The notes under the pieces: generated by a model
What the model was told of the DNA's origin: nothing
Seen by the model: only the letters and a program-made list of their open reading frames with translations
Database searches by the model: none
In this document: one piece after another, positions 13,362-24,876 of the stretch
Layout: the number at the start of each line of letters is the position of its first letter
Numbering within the stretch: position 1 is the first letter of the stretch
Position numbers and translations under genes: made by a program
From: Mobula hypostoma
Taxonomy: Eukaryota
Length of the DNA: 64,000 bases
Assembly (NCBI RefSeq): GCF_963921235.1
Contig: NC_086108.1
Span: forward strand, 46,812,001 to 46,876,000
Direction: 5' to 3'

Positions 13362-14146
13362 AACTGAAGGAAGAGTGAGTAAGGGATTTGAAAGCTGGAG
13401 GGGGAGGGGGAGATGCAAAATGATAGGAGAAGACAGGAGGGGGAGGGATAGAGCCGAGAGCTGGACAGGTGATAGGCAAAAGGGGATACGAGAGGATCAT
13501 GGGACAGGAGGTCCGGGAAGAAAGCCGGGGGGGGGGTGACCCAGAGGATGGGCAAGAGGTATATTCAGAGGGACAGAGGGAGAAAAAGGAGAGTGAGAGA
13601 AAGAATGTGTGCATAAAAATGAGTAACAGATGGGGTACGAGGGGGAGGTGGGGCCTAGCGGAAGTTAGAGAAGTCAATGTTCATGCCATCAGGTTGGAGG
13701 CTACCCAGACGGAATATAAGGTGTTGTTCCTCCAACCTGAGTGTGGCTTCATCTTTACAGTAGAGGAGGCCGTGGATAGACATGTCAGAATGGGAATGGG
13801 ATGTGGAATTAAAATGTGTGGCCACTGGGAGATCCTGCTTTCTCTGGCGGACAGAGCGTAGATGTTCAGCAAAGCGGTCTCCCAGTCTGCGTCGGGTCTC
13901 ACCAATATATAAAAGGCCACATCGGGAGCACCGGACGCAGTATATCACCCCAGTCGACTCACAGGTGAAGTGATGCCTCACCTGGAAGGACTGTTTGGGG
14001 CCCTGAATGGTGGTAAGGGAGGAAGTGTAAGGGCATGTGTAGCACTTGTTCCGCTTACACGGATAAGTGCCAGGAGGGAGATCAGTGGGGAGGGATGGGG
14101 GGGACGAATGGACAAGGGAGTTGTGTAGGGAGCGATCCCTTCAGTT

Positions 14147-14182
14147 AGTCCTGACGAAGGGTCTCGGCCTGAAACGTCGACT
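14147..14182 (+). ncRNA. Minimal type I hammerhead ribozyme motif in a Penelope pLTR
   Basis: AGTC-CTGACGA-AGG gtctcgg CCT-GAAAC-GTC-GACT: intact core, stem I AGTC/GACT, palindromic ACGT stem III. Confidence 0.75.
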
Positions 14183-15411
14183 GCGCCTCTTCCTATAGAT
14201 GCTGCTTGGCCTGCTGCGTTCACCAGCAACTTTGATGTGTGTTGCTTATATTTCTATAAATTGCTTTAAACCGGCCTACCAAGACCTGGATGTTCCACTA
14301 CCTTACCCTTGCATTAGGGCATGACCATCTGTGTGTCAGAACACCCCTGGACAAAGCAGAGGCACCTGCTGTTACTCCAACCAAGGCACATAGGACCTGA
14401 GCCGAGTGGCTTGTATGAGCTGCAGACAGACTCACAATGCCACTTTTGATAAATTTGGTGGGGGGGAGGGGGTTGCTGTGTAGGGTAATGTAATGGGTGA
14501 CAGATAACACATATTGTTCATCATAGAAACTGTTCTACATAATTCACAAACACTGTCATTGAGTTCTTGTGTTCTCTTCAAGAGAGGGTGTCTGAAATAA
14601 TGACGTCAGTGTAGTGTGACTGTTTTTGGTTTGTTCGTACGAAAGTAAAGGGCTGAAACTTTTGTTAAGACCATCAAACAACTCTTGCATGTTTTATTCA
14701 CAAAATCCTACATTACTACCTCCCACAAAGCAAAGCCAAGCAACATATGTGACAGCAAGGTTTCACTCCCAGATGAGCTCAATGCCTTTTATTCTCACTT
14801 TGACCGACAGAACATGGAAGCACCTTCACGAACTCCCACAGTCCAACACTACCCTTGATTTCAGTCTCTGAGGCTGATGTGAGAGCATCCTTCAGGAGGG
14901 TGAGCCCATGGAAAGCATCTGGCCCAGACAATGTACTTGGCCGAGTACTGAAGATCTGTGTTAATCAGTTGGGTGGACTATTTACTGTTATCTTTAAACT
15001 CTTGCTTCGGCAGTCTGAGGTACCCACCTGCTTCAAACTTCAATCATTCCAGTGCCCAAGAGGAAGATGGGGTAACCTGCCTCAATGATTATCACCCAGT
15101 AGCACTTACATCCACTGTAATGAAGTGTTTGGGAGGTTGGTTATGAAGCATATCAACTTTTGCCTGAGGGCTGACTTGGATCTGCTCTAGTTCGCCTACT
15201 ATCACAACAGGTAGACAATGGATTCCATCTCACTGGCTCTTCGCTCAGCTCTGGAACATCTGGACAGTGAAGATGCATACAACAAGATGCTCATCATTAA
15301 CTACATCTCAGTATTCAATTCTATCATCCCCTCGAAACTAATCAATAAACTCCAATACCAAGGCCTCAATACCTCCTTGTGCAACTGGATTCTCGGTTTA
15401 CTCACTTGCAG

Positions 15412-15712
15412 GTTCCATAGTCATACTTCATTAATCCCGAGGGAAATTGGTTTTCGTTACAGTTGCTCCATAAATAATAAATAGTAATAGAACCACAAAT
15501 AGTTAAATAGTAATATATGTAAATTGTGCCAGTAAATTAAGAAATAAGTCCAGGACCAGCCTATTGGCTCAGGATGTCTGACCCTCCAAGGGAGGAGTTG
15601 TAAAGTTTGATGGCCACAGGCAGGAATGACTTCCTATGACGCTCAGTGCTGCATCTCGGTGGAATGAGTCTCTGGCTGAATGTACTCCTGTGCCCAACCA
15701 GTACATTATGTA
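15412..15712 (-). mobile_element. Second Rex1/L2-like LINE 3' fragment inserted in the first
   Basis: RLIPPRCSTERHRKSFLPVAIKLYNSS C-terminal motif. Confidence 0.7.
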
Positions 15713-16019
15713 GTGGATGGAAGACAGTCAATATGGATTGGCAACTACACCTCCTCGACAATCACCATCATCACAACTGCATCACAAAGCTGTGTGCTCA
15801 GCTCCCTGCTCTGTTTGCTTTATAATTATGACTGTGTGGCTAAGCACAGCTCAGTGCCAAATTTAAGTTTGCTAACACCACTGTTGTTGGCCAAATCAAG
15901 GGTGGTGATGAATCAGCATGTACCAAGGAGATTGAAAATGGTGCCACAACAATAACCTCTCACTCAAATCCAGACAACAGGAATTCTGCAGATGCTGGAA
16001 ATTCAAGCAACACACATCA

Positions 16020-17703
16020 AAGGTTTAAAGGAGAAAGTTGCAGAAAATGTAACAAAAGAGGGCACTCCTCTCCACACATTGTCCCCAATGCAAATTGAAA
16101 GTCTTCCTATTACGCAGAGATGATCCAAAGGGAAACCAGAAAAGCCTCCACACTGTCTCAGGTCTATGTGGCCACTCAAAATGGCTGGAATGTGCAGCCG
16201 AAATCCCAGCTCCCTCATTTTTACCAGCACCAGGATGAACTTGCCCTTGACAGAAGTTGCCTTATGTGGGGATTCAAAGTTGTTGTACCATCTAATCTGA
16301 GAGCTAAAGTGATGGAGCAGCTACTTTCCAGTCATCTAGGCATGATCAAAATGAAAGCGTTGGCTGAAGGTTTTTTGGTGGCCTGTAATAGATCAGCAGA
16401 TCAAGCAGCTGGCCATGCGTTGTTTGGGATGCCAATAGTAGTGCCCCTCCATCCTGGGAGTGACCTGCATTGCCCTGGTAGATGATTCATATGGACTCTA
16501 CATCCGGCAGTGGATGCAATTTTTCTTAGTAGTAGTGGACGCAGCTACAAAATGGCCAGAAGTGTTCCCTCTCACCTCCACTATAGCCTCGCACACTGTT
16601 GATACATTGAGAAGCAGCTTCTCAAGGATTGGTGTTCCAGAACACATAGTCAGTGACAATGGATCACAGTTTGCGGCAGAACAGTTTCAATCATTCCTGA
16701 AAATGAATGGAATAAGACATATTTCATCTGCACTGCACCACCCAGCTACAATTAGCTTGGCAGAAAGGTTTGTCCAGAGTGTTAAGAATGCACTGCAAGC
16801 TATGTCAGCAGAACCAAATCCCTCCTTGCATATCACAATGCAGCACACACCACAAACAACAAATCACTAACTATGCTGTCCCTTGCATCCACGCTTGCAT
16901 CTCCGCAAACCCAGGAGTAATATGCAGGACAAACAGCTGAAACAAATTGAAGGCTGCTCAAACAAGGAGGTTCAATGTTTCACTCCTGGACACGCGAGAT
17001 ATTACAAAGGTGATCAAAACAGGGTACTTGGAAAGATTAAGGACAAAACTAGACCACTCTTCTACAGAGTGGAGATTGCATTTAATATCATCTGGAAGTG
17101 ACACATCGATTATTTGAAGACAGCAGGGTCAATTTTAAGATAAGAAACATGGCTGAAGCTATCAGAACCATTTTCTGCAGTCCCAGAGTCAACTCCTACA
17201 ACTACCAAAGAGGCAGCCCCAGAACCTAAGACTGTTTCATAGCCATGTCTCACCTGCCAAGTAGAGTGATCCCTCTTGCCAGGAAAGGCATTTCCCCACA
17301 AGTCCTCCACAGCGATTAAATCCTTAGGCCTGAATGGGACAATTCAAAATTTATATGCTGTGGATGTTTGTATAGTAGTTGTATTATATAATGTACTGTC
17401 ATTATAGTTGAGATGTATTTTATATTGAGTTAGAGTTTATAGCTAAGCAGGGAGGAGTGCTGTGCATTTAATATTTCATTAGTATTCGAATAATGTTGTA
17501 AATATATTGTTTAATTAAGCATTCTTGTTCATTTCAATAATTCATTATGGCTATATGTAAAAATAAGGGAATTGTATACATCATCACGCTACCACGTCAT
17601 ACGTGCTCCCCTCTCTGAAAGGAAAACTGAACTAAGACATGTCCTCCTGGGCTCCTGTCTTTTTCTTGCAATAGTTTAATGCTTTGGAGTTACAAAACAT
17701 AAA
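16020..17703 (+). mobile_element. Gypsy 3' half (integrase, PPT and 3' LTR 17458-17703), same LTR family as 2623-4770
   Basis: HLGMIKMK..VVDAATKWPEV..IVSDNGSQF..LAERFVQ; PPT agcagggaggag; the LTR aligns with 4631-4770. Confidence 0.85.
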
Positions 17704-17769
17704 AAGACCTAAAAAGGCATCATTAAATAAACTGATTTAATCAAGGAGTTAGTGAGTACAACTACTTAC

Positions 17770-17826
17770 ATGGAGGGAAATACTCTCAGTTTCTTCTCGT
17801 CGTCTTCCAGTAGAGTGGTATATTTA
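17770..17826 (-). CDS. AXDND1: AXDND1 coding exon: KYTTLLEDDEKKLRVFPS(M)
   Basis: Acceptor tttcttgtag|T, donor AT|gtaagt. Matches recalled human KYTTLLTDSENRLLLFPSM. Confidence 0.92.
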
Positions 17827-18050
17827 CTACAAGAAAGATTAACTACAAATCAGTAAATATTCTGGTGGATCCTTTGGAGTTAAAATTATGCAAAATAAAA
17901 GTGAATAAATGATTTCCCATTCCTTGAAGTAAGGAAAATGGAAAATAGGTTAGAGAATCAGAACTACTGTTTTGTGGATTGGGTCAGACTCCCCAAAAAC
18001 TTCTGTTCAGCTTTAGTTCATACCAACCTAATTACATAATAAATTCCAGT

Positions 18051-18770
18051 AAGATGGTGGCTTCTACATGGTCAACCAAAGGTGTTATTGTCTTTTTTAA
18101 AGCCATCTTTTATGATCACAAGACCCTGCTGGATAGTAAGAACTTAAAGTACTGCAGATCTACCGCATAATTGGCGGAGAAACTGAAGGAGCTGGACATG
18201 ATGAGGATCATGCTGCTGTCTGCGTCGAAGAGTCAGAGTCAGTGCACGAAGGAGGTGTGCAGACTAACAGCGAGTGATCATCTTAGTCATTTTTCTTGTG
18301 ATCACAAGACTCTGTCAGACATTGGTGGTGTGGAATGCTGCAAGTCCAGTTCGTTGGATTATTGGTGAACGGCAGGGGTGGACAGTTGGGGAGCTACGTG
18401 GCCTCGGGTGTAATGAAGACTAGCCCTCATGCTGTGTTGTCACCTGGTTGAGGCTGCCTGGGGGGGGAGGCATCAGATTCAAGCGCTCCACCAGAGGCGC
18501 TGTGGTTTAGCGTCCATGCTGGAGTTGATGCTGCCCCCTAGTGTTCACTCAACAGAAGACAAGCTGTATTGTATTCGACTGCAAATGCAGCAACATTCAC
18601 TGACTCAGACTATATTGTTTTGTGTGAGACTGTATTTTACTGATATCTTACATGTGCTATATATGCCTTGTGCTGTGTTTTGCTCCTTTACCCCAGAGTA
18701 ACACTGTTTCATTTGGCTGCATTCATGGGTATTCCTGTATGGTTGAATGAGAATTAAACTTGAGCTTGAA
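18051..18770 (+). mobile_element. Non-autonomous LINE-derived element (AAGATGG head, L2/Rex-like tail)
   Basis: Starts aagatggtggc and ends attaaacttgagcttgaa. No ORF. Confidence 0.5.
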
Positions 18771-19011
18771 ATTAAAACTTCAATGCGCTGCACTATGAAG
18801 TTATGCAAAAAGCCCTATCAAACATAACTCTGTAATTTTGAAGGACCACGTAGTGGATTTATTGGGAAATCAGGAAAGAGACTTGTTAGCATAGTTTCAT
18901 ATGCAGTGACAAGCTGTCTAACATATCACAAAACACAAAGGAGAAAGCTTTCACTTTGGAGAAAAAAAAGCAACTTTAGTCAAAGATTTTATAATTTAGA
19001 GGATTACTCAC

Positions 19012-19100
19012 TCCTCATAATACTCCAATCCCAGAACACCCTTGTTCTTCACAATATGGTACTCATCTGGTATCAAACTCTCAGGTAGATCCCCCTGTTT
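19012..19100 (-). CDS. AXDND1: AXDND1 coding exon: KQGDLPESLIPDEYHIVKNKGVLGLEYYE(D)
   Basis: Acceptor cccctctgcag|AAA, donor GA|gtgagt. Matches recalled human [23 protein letters not shown]. Confidence 0.92.
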
Positions 19101-19529
19101 CTGCAGAGGGGGAAAAAGTACTCAGTGTCAAAAAAAAATCAGTTCAGTCCCTAAATATAAACATCACAAGCAGGTACCTCAAGGAGAACAGGCTTGAAAA
19201 GACTCAACATTAATCTCAAGTAATTATTTGGCGTTGGGTGAACCATGGGTGAGTGATCTCTGAATGATTTCAGTGAATTGGCCTCTCTCAGCTGAATTCT
19301 TCACCATACACCAGATCAGTTTGCACTAAAGTGCACTTTGTCTTTCTTGTACTTACTGTGTTTCTTCTTCCAACAAAAGTATGTAATTTATGCTCCATTT
19401 GTGTTTTCCCTGTGAATGCTGCTTATTACTTGCTATGTGCTTGTGTTCATACATGTGACAATAAGCTCACCTTTGACTTTTGACGTTGGGTACACCTCAA
19501 GTCTCTCACTGCATCTTTAATGCATAACA

Positions 19530-20730
19530 TTACTCTAGGAAATGCTGAAACCACAAGTTTTCAGCAGATTGGAAAACAGCAAATGTAATGCTACTATTGA
19601 AAAGCGCCAGGGGGGCGGGGGGGAGATAAAAGCTGGAAACTATGAGCCAATTAGCCTGAGAAATCACTACTGAGAAAATGTCGGAATCCAGCATTAAGAA
19701 ACCAGCAGCAGAACATTCGAAAACTCTTTGTACAAAATCAAGCAAAGTCAACATGAAAGGGAATCATATGACAAATTTATTCAATTCTTTTAAGACATAA
19801 CTAACAGTTGATGAAGGGGATCAGCAGAAATGGTACAGCTGGATTTCTAAAAGGCGTGTGATAAGATGCCATATTAAAGATTACGGCACAAAGTCTTAGC
19901 AATGAAGATAAAGTATCTGGAGGGCAAAAAGAGGACGTGATAGCTCACACAGAGAAGATGAGGGAAAATCCAATGAGATTTTATGCAATATTGGAGGGAA
20001 AAGAAATGGAGAGAGAGAAAGAGAGAAAGAGAGAAAGAGAGAGAGAGAGAAAGAAATAGAATGAGAAATAGAGCGAGAGAGAAATAGAGAGAGAGAAAGA
20101 AAGAGAGAGAAGCGAGTGAGTAGGGCCCCTCAGTGACCAAAGTGGACATTCATGTGTGGAGCTACAGGAGACAGGCAAGTTACTCAATGAATATTTCTCC
20201 TGTTTTTACTGCGGAGAAAGACATGGAGACTTGGGAATTGGAGTTGAGAACTGGACTTGGGATGCTGCCTGGATTAGAGGGTATGAGCTATAAGGAACGG
20301 CTAGGCAAACTTAGGCCATTCTCCCTAGAGCATTGAAGACTGAGGAGAGACCTGATAAAGTTTTTTTTAAATTATGAGTGGCATAGGTCAGGTAGATGGT
20401 CAGAATCTTTTCCCCATGGCAGAAATTTCAAACACCAGAAGACATGTTTTTAAGGTTAGATGGGGTATGTTTAAAGGCAATGTAAAGGACAAGATTTATT
20501 TGTGCAGTGATGTAATAGGTGCCTCTAATAGTTTACCAGGGGCAGATGTGAAGCAGCCATTTTGGTGAAGTTTAAGGGCTTTTTGATAGATACAAGAATA
20601 TAAAGGGATGGAAGGAAATTGATGATACTCTAAAAGAGGACATTTAGGATAAATTGATATCAAGAGTAGCACAACATTGTTGGACAAATGGTCTGTCTAG
20701 TGCTGTAATATTTTATGTTCTACATTCTAT
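19530..20730 (+). mobile_element. Degenerate CR1 fragments, with a (GA)n-rich microsatellite at about 20005-20112
   Basis: GMLPGLEGMSYKERLGKL and TRRHVFKVR motifs; tail ttttatgttctacattctat. Confidence 0.7.
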
Positions 20731-20842
20731 ATGAAATATTATCCAGTATCAAAGCACATCTCATTTAAAATCAAAATAGGATGATGTGGTTCTCATGATT
20801 CCAAAATGCTGTAAACAGTTCAGTAAACCTTTCCTTAAAGCA

Positions 20843-23800
20843 TAGTCTGTGAGCCAGGACCCCAAATTTGGGCCACCGGTACCATCTGGGGGGAATAATT
20901 CTTATAGTGATTTTTGGCAAGGTATACACCCCTAGTGCTAGAAAAATTGTGATAGCATTGCAGCGGTGGTAGCTTTCTTGCCTGCAAGAAGAACCTGGTG
21001 TGGACACTTGCAAGGCAAACAGATCCAGAGAATTAGACAATCCCAAGCTGAACTGGTTTTAATATCAACACCAGGGACCAAGAACCAACCCCACAAGATA
21101 TTGTTGGGTATCTGCCAACCATCAATTCACCAGCCACAGAGTTGACCACAGTGTCTGAAATCCTGAACCAATCAGAGCTAATCAGGAGGGAACTTCATCT
21201 AGAAACAATTGTGGCAGTCATGGATCAAGCACTCTATGCAAAAGCCACTGAAATTGCCTGAAAGCACAAAGAGCGCTTCTCCAACATTCTTCTCAGGATG
21301 GGGACATTCCATACCATATGTAATGCCTTAGCCATCCTAGGAAAGTGATTTCAGGATGCTGGTCTAAAGGACGTATGCATAGAGGCTGGAATTGTCACAG
21401 AGGGGTCCATCAATGAAGTCCTTGATGGTAAACACTACAGTCGTGCTGTCAGGGTCCACAAGTACATCTATGAAGCACTGATGAGACTCGCATGGGCAGA
21501 GTTCACTCCGTGGTTGAGGACAACGTTCCAGAAAGGAGTGGGATGATCAAATCATTCTTAGACCATGTGAACAACATGGCCAATGACTTGAACCAAATGA
21601 AGTTGAACAATCTGCTACAAAGTCCACTCTTAGCTGAGCTGATAACCCTGTGGATAGACTTTCTGGAACACCTCCGTCACAACAATGGAGAGCTATCCGC
21701 ATTCTGGATATCATACATTGACATGATAGAGAACATAGTACTCGGGCTTCTCGTGAGGGGGCCGGGAGTTGCACCTCCATGCTATAAGAACCATGATCCC
21801 ATGGTGCTTTTCCTATGATAAGATGAATTATGCCAGGTACCTGTCCCTTTACTTTGCTCAGATGATGAACCTCCCAGAGAAGAATCCTTCTGTGTATGAG
21901 GCCTTCAAGACAGGCCAATTCTCAGTGCAGCTGTCAAGTAACAACCCCTTTGGGCAGATCCCTGTGGACCAGGCTATTGAATCCACAGTAAACAAAGACA
22001 CACAGACTCCTGGAAGCACATCTTGGTTCAGCCTGAATGCTGGAGCTATCAAGCGTTACTACATAACAGCTGAGCACCACAGTGTATTCCTGGGACAGTT
22101 AAGGGAGATGGTGCAAGACAACAAATCAGAGCTTTGTCATGCAGAGCTACAGCGGCCAAGAATCCAGAAGGATGAGGAAGCAGTTTCAGCAGAGGTTAGC
22201 CTCTTACGTGAATTGATCAACCCATTTGCTGAGAAGCAGGACCTCATTAGCATCTCTACAACAAAGGCAGCCCCCAAGGACATTGCCTCTGACCTGATGA
22301 AGGCATATGAGATTGGTGAGCAATGCTGTGCAACCTTCAAGGATAAGAGACTAGAGGAAGACCCACCAGCAAAGAAATTCCATGGCCCAATGAAAACCAA
22401 CAAGCTGAAAACATTCAGTGATATGTATAAGAAGAGAGAAGTGAAACATAGTGATGGCACAAGGGCGCAGTCTACATATGGAGGATATCCTTTCTCATCC
22501 CCTTGGACCATTGCCCTGGGCCCTGTCCACACCAGAGGGATTGCTGAGAAAGACAAATAAAGCTACTTTAGCCACAACCTTGCAGGAAAATGTAGCAGTA
22601 GAAGAGCAACTCCCAGGAAACTCTGCTACAGTGGTTGATGGAATGAACTTGGTCCAAAGAGTGAAAGGTGATCAAGTTACTTCCAGAGATGTTGCCACAA
22701 CAATTCTGGGTATGGCTCTGACGGAAGGCAGTTAGAGTAGCAGAACAGATGTTGTGTTCGACACATACAAGGAGAACTCTATCAAGAATAGTGAAAGATC
22801 TCTATGGGGTGAAGAGACTGGTCATGAGTTGCTAGGTATCACAGGCACACAGATGGTGATGCAGTGGAGGAGCTTCCTGACCAAAGCCCCCAAAGTCAGT
22901 AACAAAAATTGTCTCATTTGCTTCATAGTCCATGAATGGAGGAAGGCGGAGTACAGAGCAAAGCTACAGGAGGAGATTCTGTATGCAACTGTGAATGACG
23001 AACGTTACAGAATCACATCTCAAGACAGTGAGGAGGTGTCAGCTCTTCAGTGTCAACAAAAAGAAGCAGATAGCTGTCTACTTCTCCATGCTGCCCATGC
23101 CATCTCAAGACAGTGAGGAGGTGTCAGCTCTTCAGTGTCAACAAGAAGAAGCAGATGGCCGCCTACTTCTCCATGCTGCCCGTGCCACAAGAGAGGGATA
23201 CCAATCTGTAGTGATCTGCTCAGAAGACACAGATGTCTTTATCATGTCTTTAGCATTTGTGACAAGATTGAGGCCCCATTGGTCCAGAAGTGTGGCACTA
23301 GAACCCGTACAAGGCTTGTAGACATCAGGAAGGTTGCTGCCACTGTTGGCATAGAGGTTCATAGGGCTCTCATCAGGTTGCACCCATATACAGGATGTGA
23401 CACTGTAAGCGCTTTTGCAGGCAAAGGGAACACAAGTGCCCTAAAACTTCTGACCAGCAACAGAGAAACTCAGGACACATTCTGAGAGTTGGATCAGGAA
23501 CAGGACATCTCCCCAGAACTGATGGACAAACTGGAAGTATTTACATGTCCCCTGTATGCCCCAAAAGCATCAACCACCAAGGTCAACGAGCTCAGGTATC
23601 ACCTTTTCTGTGCCAAAAAAGGTGAAATCAAAAGTCATCAACTCCCACCATACAAGGACTGCTTAACAAAACATGCACAGCGAGCCAACTACCAGGCTGG
23701 TATATGGAGAAGATGTTTGGAGAAGGACCCACAAGTGCCAAGCCCTGTTGGCAGAGGATGAAAGATGGAGAGAGAAGAGGAAGCTGAACAGTTGGTGGTG

Positions 23801-24477
23801 CACTGGATGGAAGGCTAGTCAGCACCCGATGCCGTCCTGGATCTACTGGCCTGTAACTGTCCAAAAAAATGTTCACTCCCAAGATGTAGGAATGTTGCAA
23901 ATGGCCTCAGGTGTACTGATATGTGTAGACTGGCAGACTGTACGAACCAGGCATCCACCTCAGCGAGTGTGGAAAGTTTAGATGAAGATGTGGAAGACCG
24001 TGGAAGACTTGGAAAATTATTATTGATTATTAATAGGTTATGAAAGTATGGAAAACAAAGTATGGAAAGTAGTCTTTGATTAAATATATTCATTTTACAA
24101 CCAAATGGGGCCTAGGTTATGGCTGTGCGGAACCTCACGTTTGAATTATTGTACTGTAATTCTATATGCTAAGACAAAAGCTTAAGATTATTTTGATTTG
24201 ATACAACAATATGGAAAATATCATGACATTGATAAAACTCCAGAAATCTCTCCAAATGAGGCTTTTTTACCTTTTGGGGGGTGGGGTAACGTTTTCTGCT
24301 GTACTGATGTTAATATGGAATATATACAAAAAGTGATTACTTATTTGGAGTAATAAAGCTACCACTGGTGCAATGCTATCACATATTTTCTAACTCTAGA
24401 GATGTATACCTTGCCAAAAATCACTGAGCATTATTCCCCTCAGATGATACCGACCAACCCTACTGGCTCACGGACTA
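20843..24477 (+). mobile_element. AcademX-type DNA transposon, internally deleted, with a disrupted transposase-XPG nuclease-Cys-rich ORF
   Basis: TIRs of about 125-135 bp (20843-20976 and 24355-24477) begin TAGTC and end GACTA, with a 3-bp TSD GCA. Peptides: transposase-like MDQALY..MGTFH..NYARY..DQAIE; XPG/FEN1-like DGM, VFD, EEAD.RLLLHA, DTDV, GCDTVSAFAGKG; C-terminal Cys cluster. Confidence 0.85.
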
Positions 24478-24755
24478 GCAGTCATTAAGGTTGATCTCTC
24501 TTTCAAAGTAGTCACGATTGGAATATGCCCTGTTTTGACTAACAGTGTTGTAACAGTCATTTTCTTTGTTGTGATATAAATAAAGGTCTAAATTGTAATT
24601 TTTCCTTCTCATTTCAGAAATTTAAAATGAAAACCTAAAATTGAAATAAAGTTGAAACAGGCTTATTCTGAACCCAGCGATTATAATGGCTGGAAACAAA
24701 ACATGATAAATATTGCTTGCAAATCACTCAGCATTTTGATCTCTTCATTACTCAC

Positions 24756-24876
24756 TGTGGTAGACTGTTTTCCAGACTGAGCTCGAACAGCACTCTTGTC
24801 CATGGCTGCCAATGCAACTGGCATCACATTAATGGAACATTTGGTACATACGGCATCATATAGGAAGGAGATATCC
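24756..24876 (-). CDS. AXDND1: AXDND1 coding exon: DISFLYDAVCTKCSINVMPVALAAMDKSAVRAQSGKQSTT
   Basis: Acceptor ttaatgcag|GG, donor ACA|gtgagt. The phase-2 join completes GR-DISFLYD, as in human AXDND1. Confidence 0.92.

Larger units (their letters stand above)
13231..14246 (-). mobile_element. Penelope-like insertion with inverted pLTR
   Basis: GIY-YIG ORF (GVIYCVRC..YIGETRRRL..RF.EH) at 13655-13981, inverted terminal copy at 14138-14246, 13-bp TSD tatatttctataa. Confidence 0.92.
7597..14712 (+). mobile_element. Full-length degenerate Gypsy LTR retrotransposon
   Basis: LTRs at 7597-7828 and 14479-14712. PBS TGGTGACCCCGACG (tRNA-Trp complement) at 7830-7843, G-rich PPT at about 14456-14472. 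Remnants of gag, protease (FLCDTG), RT, RNase H and integrase in Gypsy order. Confidence 0.9.
7385..15965 (+). mobile_element. Rex1/Babar-like LINE fragment split by a Gypsy insertion (parts 7385-7596 and 14713-15965)
   Basis: FPNQNPWI on the left. KASGPDNVLGRVLK, LNDYHPVALTSTVMKC and SLCNWIL on the right. Confidence 0.75.

Noticed and set aside
2623..17703. Idea that the Gypsy RT half (2.6-4.6 kb) and integrase half (16.0-17.7 kb) are one split element
   Set aside because: A conserved host exon (5909-6020) lies between them, and the left piece has its own 3' LTR and TSD-like flanks.
21769..22560. 263-aa ORF as a novel host gene
   Set aside because: It is one fragment of the frameshifted, stop-containing Academ transposase inside TIRs.
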